Source: Chlorokybus atmophyticus
Taxonomy: Eukaryota; Plantae; Mesostigma and Chlorokybus algae
Assembly (NCBI GenBank): GCA_009103225.1
Contig: RHPI01001037.1
Location: 1,030,916 to 1,094,915, forward strand
Length of the DNA: 64,000 nt
Direction: 5' to 3'
Shown: positions 49,902-60,846 of the stretch, piece by piece
How the letters are laid out: each line of letters opens with the position of its first letter
Numbering within the stretch: position 1 is the stretch's first letter
Notes under the pieces: generated by a model
What the model was told of the DNA's origin: nothing
Seen by the model: the letters and a program-made list of their open reading frames with translations, nothing else
Database searches by the model: none
Position numbers and translations under genes: made by a program

Positions 49902-52852
49902 GCGCGCGCCTTCACAACTCCCGCCCTCCCCGCCCTCCCTCCCTAACAAACACGCACAGATGCATGCNNNNNNNNNNNCCCCCACCCACCCACACTCTCA
50001 CCCACACTCCCTTCCCCCCCCCTCCCCCAGTCCATCTTCTTCACGGAGTACCTCCCCTCCCTCGGCCTCCCCCTCCCCTCCTTCTCCTCCTACGACCCCT
50101 CGACCAGCGCGGGCATGGACGCCCTGTTCTCCGCCGCCGCCGCGAGAGCGATCGCGCACTCCGCCGTGCCGGACGTCGTGGCGAGGGTGGGAGGAGACTG
50201 GGGGGAGAGCGAGGACGGACACCTGATGCTGAGTGACGTGAGTGGGGGTGGGGGAGGTGGGAGGAACAACGTGATGTTGACTTTGGGGCTGTGTGTATCT
50301 GGCTGGCTGTAGGCGATGTTTAGGCCACAGGTGGCGTTGGCGGAAGGGATCGATACGTTGATACGGGGCATGGTGTGGCATGTTCAGATGAAGGTGGGGT
50401 GGGTTTTGAGACTCTTTCTGTGGGACTTGACTCTGTGTGGGACTTGATTCGCACAAGTGGATTGATGGTGAGACAAACTCGAGCTTCTTCTTCTTTGGCA
50501 GGTGGACTTGCAGTTTGAAACCGCGTTGAGGAGTTACCTTTTTGGTAATCCGGGGGCGGGAGGGTCCGACCTGGCGGCGCGGGACATACAGCGAGGACGA
50601 GACTTCGGCTTACCGGACTACAACAAGTAAGGCAAAGACTGTGACGAGTCCTCACACAACAACAACAACGCACGCAAGCACGCACGCACGCACGCACGTG
50701 ACAGTGACCATCATTGCAACTCTATTTTAATTTCATCATTGCAGGTGTCGGAAGTACCTTGGGCTTGCGCCGGTAGCCACCTTTGCCAACATTTCTTCAG
50801 ACCCGTGGGTTCAGGTACGCGGTGATACGATCTTGCTTACATGCATAAGAGTGGAGTCGCTTACAAGTGTTGTCCTCCGTTAGGGGGTGTTGTCTGCGGC
50901 GTACAACGGGAGCGTGAACAACATAGACGTGTATGTGGGCGCCCTGGCGGAGGATCACGTCCCCGGAACCAGTATGGGACCCCTCCTACGTGCTTCACTC
51001 CTCGACCAGTACAGACGCCTCAGAGATGCTGACCGCTTCTACTTTGAGAATACAAACAATGGGTACTTACACGCATACAGAAACACATGTACAGACGTGT
51101 CTGCAGGCATACACGCCCATGCACGCGCTTACATGCACACACACACTCACGCACTCCTGCGCACGCATGCCCTCACACACACACGCGTGCACCCAGCAAG
51201 CAAACATCCATCCACGCACACCCCCACCCCCACCCACTCTCTCCCCCCCAAACAGTCTCTTCACCCCCGGCGAGATCCTGCAGCTCCGTGCCACCCGTCT
51301 CCGCGACGTGATCCTGCGCAACTCCGGCATCTCCTCCCTCCCCCGTTCCGTCTGGATCAAGCAGGACTCCTCTTTGGCGAGGTGCGCCGACCCCACCGTC
51401 GACACGGGGTCCGTGACCGACGCGCTGGATAGTGAGGTGGAGACGGGGGTGGATGTCGAGAATGGGATGCACATGACCGTCGTGCAGGGGGGACTGTACA
51501 ATGTGTCGTGGATCGTGGAGGTAAGAGGGGTGGGTGTGGGTGTGGGCGTGCGTGCGTGCGTGTATGTGTTGCTCGCGACGATGCCATCATGGGCATGACA
51601 ATGTTGTTATGTTCTTCTTGCAGGGCAGCAACATGCGGTTCGTCATCAGCGCCCGCACCACGGGTTGGGTCGGCTTCGGACTCGCCGGCCCCTTAGGCGG
51701 CATGGTCCAGGTAAGTCAACCACCTCTCTTGAGACAACCCAACACCCCCACCCCCTCACCTTACCCACCCACCCACCCATCCTCCCCTCCCTCTCCAGGC
51801 CGACATCATCATGGGTTGCGTCCTCCCCTCCGGCCTCGTCTCCCTCGACGACTACTGGTCCGTCGGCTACCACGCTCCCGTCCTCGACACCTCCCTCCCC
51901 TCCGGCACCTCCGACGTCACGCTCTTGTGGGGCAAAGAGGTTGACGGCGTGACAACTATAGCTTTCTCACGGGCGTTGCGCACCCCGGATGCGGCATACG
52001 ATCACGCGCTGGATGGGGCGATCGACTCGGAGCCGACGGCGTTCCTGTGGGCGATGGGGGTGGGGGATGAGATGGGGGAGGGGCTGGACGGGTACCATGG
52101 TGGGGTCAACCGAGGAACGGGAGAGGTGAGTGTGTGTTGCAACCAGCAAGGAGCAGACCTCATGTCAGGCATGCAAGCATGACACGTCACATGCATGCAC
52201 GTATTAGCATGCACTTTGATGCATAAGTGCGCATTGACGTATGCATGCATACACATATGCACACGCACACGCAAGCGCACATATGCACACGCATGCAGCT
52301 CACACTCGCACGCATACAGGCGCGTGCACCCACGCACGCACCCACGCATGCAAGTACATGCGCATGCTCGTCCGCACACGCGCACACGCACTCACACTCG
52401 CACTCGCACACGCAAATGCACACGCACATCCCCTGACCCACACAGGTGGTGTTGACGGCTGTCCCGCCCGTTCTGCCCGCCTCGTCTTCTTCCTCAGTCA
52501 AACTGCAAGTGAGTTCGACGACGTCCACCACACCAACCGCACAGGCAGCCAACAGCGGGAAGGTCACATTCACCAGCGGCTACATTCTCCAGTGGGAAAT
52601 GTAAGTCAACTCAACACTGTACAATTAACTCCTCGAAACCATCCCAACATGCGTGTACGCTCACACATGTACGCACGGGTGGGTCATCTTGGGCCAGTGT
52701 GACTGGTAACAAAGTAGTAGTGGGACGACTTTCTTCTACTCATGCCCCAGTCAATCGACTTCAACACGCACGCACGTGTTGGATCATTTATTCCTTCAGC
52801 CAACATGCAACACACACAACCCATCGACACAACCTGACACACACACACACCA

Positions 52853-52944
<92 letters not shown>

Positions 52945-55900
52945 ACCNTCACCCTCACCTCTCCCGGTTCCGGTTGGGTCGCCGTGGGTTTCAACAGCGT
53001 TGGCGGCGACCGCATGGTCGGGGCGGACGTGTACGTGGGTTACGTGGATGGGGACACGGGTAAGGGTGTGGTGGACGATCGTTACGCAACCGACTTCGCC
53101 ATGCCGGATGTGGATGTTCATCAGGATGTGTTGAGTTATGCGGTGGATACGGATGGGGAAGGGCATACCAGGGTGATGTTCACGAGGTTGCTGGATACGG
53201 GGGATGCGGTGGGGGATCGGGTCATTACGCTTGGGAGCAACCAGGTGAGGATGCAAGCAAAGGCAAATGTGCGTGTGTACAGGGATGCACAGACAAGCGA
53301 GAGTGCGTGCCCGTTTTGTTGAGTCGTGCGCGTGCATGTGTGCCTGCATGTGCCAGCCTGCGTGCGCGCGTGTGTACGCACGAATGCGCATGTGGTCATG
53401 CATGCATGCGTGTGTGCGTACGCGCGTGCCTGCCCGTGCGCAGAACACATGGACTCCATATTGTGTGTGTTGCGCTTCGACTGGTTGACACCATCAACCC
53501 TGCATGATGGCACGCAGGTGATATACGCGTGGCATCCCGACTCGATGGTCTTCCAATACCACGGCGCATCGCACCGAGGCTACGCCACAGTGGACTTCAG
53601 CATCACACTCACTAATGTTGTAAGTGCCTTACTCATCATGCCACGGCGCAAAGACCGTGACTGAGACCAACACATGTGTACGTGTGTGCGTGTGTGTCAC
53701 AGACGGTGCATCACGGGGGCGTGGACATGTTGGCCGTCCACGGCGGTATCATGTTGGTTTCGTGGGCCGTCCTTGCCGTGGTGGGCGTATCAATCGCACG
53801 TTGGGGTCGCGGTTGGCGTCACTGGATGAAAGCACACAAGTACTTGCAAAGCGCCATCACGCTTGTCGCGCTCGCTGGCGAGATCGTTGGTTCGGCATAC
53901 ACGCACGCTCCCTTCACGTCGTCTCACGCCATCACAAGCATCATCGTGGTGGTGTTGACGATCCCTCAGGACTTCACCGGCGTGTTGGCTTACCGACACC
54001 GCAACAATTCAAACTACCGACGCCTCCACCGCGCCACGGGTTACTTCCTCATGGGCATCGCTTTCTTGCAGATATGGAGTGGGCTTTCCACCCTCGGCGT
54101 GACGACACGTCTCGTAGGCGTGTACTTAGCGTGGGCTTTGTCTCTTGTGGGAGCCTTTCAGTTCAGTGGGGACCTTCTCGCCAAACAGGAGATACAAGAC
54201 ATGTTTGTGCGGTTCATTGGCACGAACGATCATCAGCTTGAAGAGGAGAGCAAGCGCAACTTCAACTTGAACAACAGCGGGTACTATAGTGGGTATGGTG
54301 ATGACCATATCCAACAGCAGCAGCCTCAGCACTACATGTATAGCGACGACGACATGCTCAACAACGGGGATATGAACGGCAATAGTGTCCACGACGTGCG
54401 CTCCAACGCGTCGAGTTACTCGGAGCGTCTCGCCTCACCGTCGCGTGGGAGCAGCGGGACGGGAACGCCAATGTCCTCTACATCACCCAACATGCTGCTC
54501 AGTCCATCCGGCGGCGCAATGACCTTCTCTCCCTCGCACCAACAACAACAACAGCCACCGCAGAGACATCTATTAGACTACTCACTCCCGACGACTCCCA
54601 CGCAACAATCGCCGATGGCGCAAGCGAGAGACAGGCTTCGCGCCATTGCAACTGAGGCTCGCAATGTGCTCGCAGGCGGCGTGCACGACGTGAACGGCTC
54701 GGACACAACAACATTGTTGTCGATTCCGCCACGCTTAGCGTTGGGATCTCTCTCTGTGTTGAATGCAGCGCAGCCGTCACCGCGCTCGCCATCCGTGCTG
54801 CCAACACTCTTTCCACTCGACAACGACAACCACACCGCCACCACCGACAACAACAACAACACAGAGAGTGATGCCGATCGCAAGCGTGCTTTGCGTGTGA
54901 CTGAAGGCGAAGCTCTCCTCGCTGCGATGGTGAACCCGGCTAAGAATGCCGCGAAGCCGCGCGACGCTGCCTTTGCGGAGAAGTGGTCAGCTGCGGTCTC
55001 TATAGTCAACAGGAGCCAGTCCTTAGTAAAACGCAAACCCGCCAACGATGAGAAGAGTATGTCAGGCGATACAAAGGCTTCCGCCAACACAAGTGGAGAC
55101 AAGTTTGCTGCTGACATCAGCAGCAAAGCGACCAGTGCTGATAGCACCAAGAGGCGTGTACGCAAGTCTATCGCCGATGAGAAGAAGCCTGGTGAAGACA
55201 AGGACAGAGATAGAGACAGAGACAGGGACAAAGACAACAATAGCGGCAGCAACAGCAACAGCCGCAGCAACAGTCCGAAGGGTACCGAGCCCAACTTGGA
55301 CAAGGCGCCCTCTCAGCACGCATCCGCATTGGACGAAAGGTCCAACACAACAACGACGGATGGCAGCAAGTCCACCTCGAATAGTTCAGCCCCATCCAAG
55401 AGTCGCATGCCGAGGGCGAGCGAGATGTTCTCCGGCGTGTTCTCCATCGCGGACGCGCTGCAGGACAAGCTCGGCGGCGGCCGCAAGAGCACCAACACCA
55501 ACAATAGCACCAATAGCAATGAGAAAGAGTCCTCGACCTTTAAGCCTGCATCAGGTCAGCCCGCAAGAAAGCCAAGGCAAAGCGAGATGTTGAGCAGTTC
55601 GGAAAGAGAGAAAGAGGCAGCTTTGGCTTCTGGAGGGAAGAGGCCCGGGAGAAAGAGCGAGCACTTCACTTCTCAGGGAGGGAGCAAAGAAGGAGGAGGA
55701 GGTGGGGGAGGAGGAGGTGGTGGGGGTTCAGGGGAGAAGGATGGCTCTGGAGAGAAGGCGTCCACGTTGGATACGGCGCCGGAGGACAGGATGGCGAGGA
55801 CACGAGCGAAGAGCGGCAAGCTCGACAGCGTGATCAGCAACCTCGCGCAGGTCTGTTTGACAGGACTTCACTTGCTTGTGTGCGTGTGTGTGGCAAGAGA

Positions 55901-57555
55901 GAAGGTTTTACTGACTTCTGTTGTCCCTTTTCCTTTCTTGCAGATGACGCCCGCAGCAGTGCGCAAGCAACTAGCAAAGGGAAAGAAGCTGACGGTAAGG
56001 AAGAAAGTACTACTGGCTCGTGAACAACCGACATGCTGTGCATACTTTATGCGTGCCTTGTAACACACAAGCCATGTTTCAGATCATCAAGGGCTTCATT
56101 GTCGACATCACCAACTTCATGAGCGTACATCCCGGCGGCCAGAGCGTCCTTAAGGCCGAAGTGGGCCAGAACGCCACATCGGTACGTGGACTTCGTGCGT
56201 CGTGTTGACTCTGAGACGGCGTCACACAACTAATGCGCGATCCCATGCTCAGAGCTTTGCGGATGCGCACGGAGACGACCCGGCCGTCTGGTCCAAGGTG
56301 ACGTCCCTCATGGTCGGGAAGCTCGTCGAGGAGGGCGCCAGCGGGACGAGCACGAGCGGATCCACAGGACAGCTGCTCAGGACAAACACGCACAAGATGT
56401 CCGATCCCAATGGTATGCATGGTGTTAGTGATTGTCACTGGCCATGACACAAATTGAACCACTGATGTGTATGTGTGTGTGTGTGTGTGCGTGCGCGCAC
56501 GTGTGTATGCATGTGCGCGTGTGTGTATTCACGCGTGCGCGTGTGTGTTTACCGCAGGGCCACCAGGCTTGTTGGACCCAAGTGAGTGGCGGGCGTTCGT
56601 TCTCAAGAAGAAAACCGATCTCCAGCAAGGCGTGCGTCGTTTCCGCTTCGCTCTCGCTGTGCGGCCGCCCGAGAAGGCTGGCGTCGCGCTGGTTGGTATC
56701 CCAATCGGTTCTTACGTGATCGCTCGCGCGAGTATTGGCAACAGCGGGGACAACTACATCTCACGCTCCTACACGCCCGTGCGCTCGGGACCCGAGGACC
56801 TCAGCTTCGACCTCGTCGTGAGACTCGTGCCCAACGGCAACGGCACCATGACCAAGCACCTGTTCACGCTCCAGGCGGGAGACACGCTGCAGTTCAAGGG
56901 ACCCATTGCAAGCGGGTTCACGTACCAACCCAACAAGTACAAGCACATAGCCATGATTGCCGCCGGCACGGGGGTCACACCCATGTATCAGGTACTTGTT
57001 GTGGACTTTTTTTTGCTCACATGCAAGCTTGTGTTGTGCTTGCATCTGACTTGTATCTGATGTGACCAGATGATCACGGCAATACTGCCCAATGCTGAGG
57101 ACAAGACGAAGCTATCGCTTGTATTGGCGAGCAAGTGCGAAGATGACATTGTGTTGGGTAAAGAGGTGGACGCGTATGCTGCAAAGTACCCCAACTTCAC
57201 GGTGAGAGCCTTCATGAGCCTTGGCAGCACTCTTGCTTACGTATACATCTGCCATGTTGTTTCGATGACACTCTAACCATACTCTTACCCCCTGTTTCAG
57301 GTCTGGCACAACTTGAAGAACCCGACAAGTTCGTCCTGGGCTGGCGGTCGCGGCACGTTGACAAAGGAGTCCTTGACCGAGCATGTGCCTGCTCCCGCAA
57401 AGGGCTCCATCATGGTGTTGGTGTGCGGTTCGCCCGACTTTAATGTGGCCATGGCCGGCGTGGGAGTGGCTGGCGCCGCGAAGAATGGCCCTGCATTTAA
57501 AGAGAGCATGCTCGGAAAGATAGGGCATTCAGCGGAGATGGTGTTTATCTTCTAG
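47593..57555 (+). CDS. Multidomain redox protein: signal peptide, animal-type (DUOX-like) heme peroxidase, DOMON x2, cytochrome b561, disordered linker, cytochrome b5, NADH-cytochrome b5 reductase
   Basis: YTLDGRGNNLKNPDWG; GQFFHLDID; IAVPLCDPVFD; PRQPLNFVTSYLDAGQLYG; GDPRMN; LFVREHNRLA; DLAARDIQRGRDFGLPDYN; IDVYVGALAE; DQYRRLRDADRFYFEN; two GWV(G/A)xGF..GGM/RM..ADI/V DOMON domains; b561 with four His; HPGG; RSYTP; AAGTGVTPM; CGSP. Inter-domain splice phases are compatible except across the poly-C run. Confidence 0.88.
48410..48757. other. Assembly gap (N run) within a (CT)n microsatellite, intronic
   Basis: N run flanked by CT repeats. Exons on both sides join in phase (PNR|SDPLRI). Confidence 0.95.
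52854..52944. other. ~91-nt poly-C run, probable sequencing/assembly artefact
   Basis: Homopolymer next to an n. Similar poly-G+n runs occur at ~2605 and ~15344. Confidence 0.75.
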
Positions 57556-58191
57556 CCCCATTCTTGTAGACATTTTTTAAGCCAGTAAGGATGTGTTGAT
57601 AGGCATATATAAGCTTGTGAGGTAGAGTGGTATGCAAGCGATATTCTGTCAATGAGCACACGCTGTGCTCTTAACTACTTTTTGAGGCCACACCGCAGGT
57701 GTTGCTGGTAGTTACTGCCTCACTTAAGTGTGGATACATGTACACTGCACATACATATGTGCGTGTGACACCCATGACATGCAGTTACAATGACTGACGC
57801 GTATGCTGTATAGCACAACCGATACCTTGGCACTGACAAGGGTCTAGGCAGGGGAAAATTCACGAAGGCACAATGCCACGAAGCCAGCACGTGCGCACCT
57901 ACTAATGCACACACAAAAGCACACGCACAGTGCACAAACCCCACACATACACGGCACGCCCACATGCGGCACGCCCATGCACTGTGCCAAGCTTGTGTGC
58001 AAAACCTCAAGCATCACACCAACAGAAGGTTACCGAAACCTCTTACCAAAAATGGAACAGCTGCACTACTGCCAGTACACACGTAAACTAACTAGCTACC
58101 ACGCCCGCCAAAAACCAAACTCAAAGAGAACACCTCTGCACCATCGCGGCTTGCAAGTCACTCACTAACCAATAAGGGATTCGGGGATTGT

Positions 58192-59042
58192 CTAAACCTC
58201 TTCCGGAGGCTCCTTGGGCTCCTGTGGGCTCTCCTCCTCCTCGTCAGGCTTCTCCTTCTGCTCCTCTTCCTCATCCTCATCATGATCCGGATCGGGGTCG
58301 CCAGGGGGCGGCGTGGGCAGGATCGGCTTCATCGGCGCGAACGAGGGGAAAATGTCGGGGCGTTTGCTGGGTCGGGGCTTTACAATTTCCTGCAATTATG
58401 CAAAATAAGACTGGCAGCCTGCAACAGAATGCAGGCCTGCAGTGGACTAGATACGTACTGCGTCACACGCGCTCGCATACCAAGTGAACCACTAGACGTC
58501 TGGCAAACTTTTGTTTACAAAGACGTAACACATCTACTATGGGCCGATGTTTATGCAGCATCAACCTTCACAATGCAGCCTTGACTGACAAACGCTTACT
58601 AAAGTCCACAACAGTTTCCTAAAAAGCACAACCCAAGAGAGAACAGACCGCTAAGATGGATTGGTTCTTGAATGAATGCTGTATGTAGCATAAAGATGAT
58701 CATGAAGCGCGAGACTTGTGTGCGTGCATTCAAAGGATGAGGGTAATATGCAAGAAAGGTTAGGTTGACACTTACATCCGGAAAGTCGAGCGGACTTTTC
58801 TTGGTCATCTTCTCTTCCTGTGGGGCTGCCCTGGCGGGCGCAAAGGCTGGTGCGCGCAGCGGCCTGGACAGCTGCCGCCTCGCGGGCATGGCGCACCTCA
58901 CCGGCACCGCGGCCCTCGCGCAGCATGCCCGAGCCCCGCTCTGCCGCCTGGTAGCCGACGCCGCCGACCACTCCTCTGGCGACAGAGACGCGGCCGCCGA
59001 CGACACCGCCGCCGCCGCCGGCGCCATCAAGGCCGCCGTCAT
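58192..59042 (-). CDS. Small protein with plastid-transit-like leader, Pro-rich core and acidic tail; function unknown
   Basis: Two exons: Ala/Arg/Ser-rich N-terminus ...KKSPLDFPD|EIVKPRPSKRPDIFPSFAPMKPILPTPPPGDPDPDHDEDEEEE...; canonical GT-AG intron. Confidence 0.65.
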
Positions 59043-60403
59043 GGCCGCAAACCTCTCCACTACCACAACCACAGTGCAGCTTGCCTTACCGCTGCAACCG
59101 CAATCACACTAAGCCCAAGGACGACGCCACTTACCACGCCACTACAACACCACAGCCTCCAACGCCGCCGCCGCCTTCCCTGCTGCGGTGCTGCCGCGGC
59201 CACTTTACAGCTAATTCGCTGAAGCTGTATGCCAGTCGGCCATCGGATGCTAGGCAGCTGTGCACGTTGCCAATCTCACGGCTGACACCTAGTGTAGCCA
59301 AAAACGCGATAAGCGCATATCCATGAACTCAACAAGTGCATGCCAAAGCCTGTTCCAAATGGGTACTTTGTGGATCCCAATGTGTGATTCCAACAATAAT
59401 CGTTTATAATGTTGGGTGATTATTCCATCACCATAGCCGCTTGTGTTGGTCAATGCTTGTACATAGTATTGTTATATGCAAGAGATGATGCATTACACGT
59501 TGCAGATGCACACTGTCGTCTTGTAAGTATGCACGCGAACATTGCATGTCTGTAAGTATAATTTATGTCGATATGATGCGGCCATATAAATGCAAGTAAG
59601 AGGGGGCGGGAAGCGTGCGTTTGTCTATATGTGTGCTCATAGATGCACCGGTGTTTGTAAGCAATGCGCGTGGCCACGTGCAAAGCTGTTGACATTCACA
59701 ACTTGTTTATACTTGCTGTCCATTCCACCCCTATTGCATTACATCTATTACACGAGTTTGCGCATGCGTAGTAGAAGACCGCAAAGATGTCATAATGATT
59801 GTTATCGTTGACATTACTAACAAGGCCGTCATTTACACTGCCTTAACCTCCGCTTTTGCTCTCTTGCGTGCCTCTACATGTATCTTGCCAGCATTCTTCT
59901 TAACTGTTGTGCAACGTCCTATGTTTGTATTATTGGGCCTTATGGATTCGATTAAACCGACTTTGTTCTCAGATTCAAATTCTGGGTTTTCATCAGCTGA
60001 TAATGATTTATTTTGTAACATTACTGGTGGTCCTATCATTTGCGTCCATATAACAACTACACTCGTATGCTTTAACATTGCCTTTTTTAAATTATTAACA
60101 TGATGCATTATAATAGGCCAACTTGAAATTCACTTGCTATGCTTGCTCTGATGTGCCCGCTCCGCTATGCTTTGTGGCCCTTTCGTTTTACCAAATTGAA
60201 CGAGGCAGCTGGAGGAGGAGGGGGCCACGGGGCGGGGGAGGGGGCTTTTATACACGATTCCTTACAGACTTGTGTGCCCCGGGGCACACAAGTCGCTTAA
60301 CGCGTGACGCACCTTGATTGTGCGTGATGCGAGATGGCCGCATATTCCTTCGCTCGTTTGTTAGGGTTGCGTTACCGGCCGTACCGGTAGTCAGCAAAGG
60401 GCA

Positions 60404-60440
60404 GCCGTGTTGCAGTCAGCTGAGCTGACTGCAACACGGC
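60404..60440. repeat. 37-bp near-continuous palindrome upstream of the ORP gene
   Basis: GCCGTGTTGCAGTCAGCT-g-AGCTGACTGCAACACGGC. Confidence 0.95.
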
Positions 60441-60846
60441 ATTCCATCTACGCCATCTGTGCCACCTGCCTTACTGGCGGCGGTGGCGGCGGCGGAGCAG
60501 GAGGGCGGGCATTGCCATCATTGTAAGCGGAGAACTACTTTGTGTATCTCAATTGCCACTGGCCTGATGGCAAGCAAAGCTTGAGCTGTCAGGCGCTGGT
60601 GGTAGTAAATTCCCGCCTGCTTTGCTATTTTTAGTACGTGTACTGCTGGCTTTGCTGGTGAAGTCAGTGAGAAGGGTGGAGACAGACAGCTATCCCCTGT
60701 TGGCCCCTGTCAGGTGGTCAGCCTGCTTGGGGGCATGGTGAGTCCAGGCGTCCGAGGCGGTGGTGCATGAGGCGTTGCTGTGAAGGTTGTTGACGTGCTG
60801 TCAACTGTCTCTTTCTCTTTGAGTGTGGGCATAAGCGCCGGTAGCC

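Noticed and set aside
52699-53448. Poly-Pro/poly-Gly ORFs
   Set aside because: Derived from a ~91-nt poly-C run that is probably an artefact; it likely hides the real splice acceptor of DOMON2.
59795-60110. AT-rich minus-strand ORF vaguely like a PIF1 helicase segment
   Set aside because: No diagnostic helicase motif could be confirmed.
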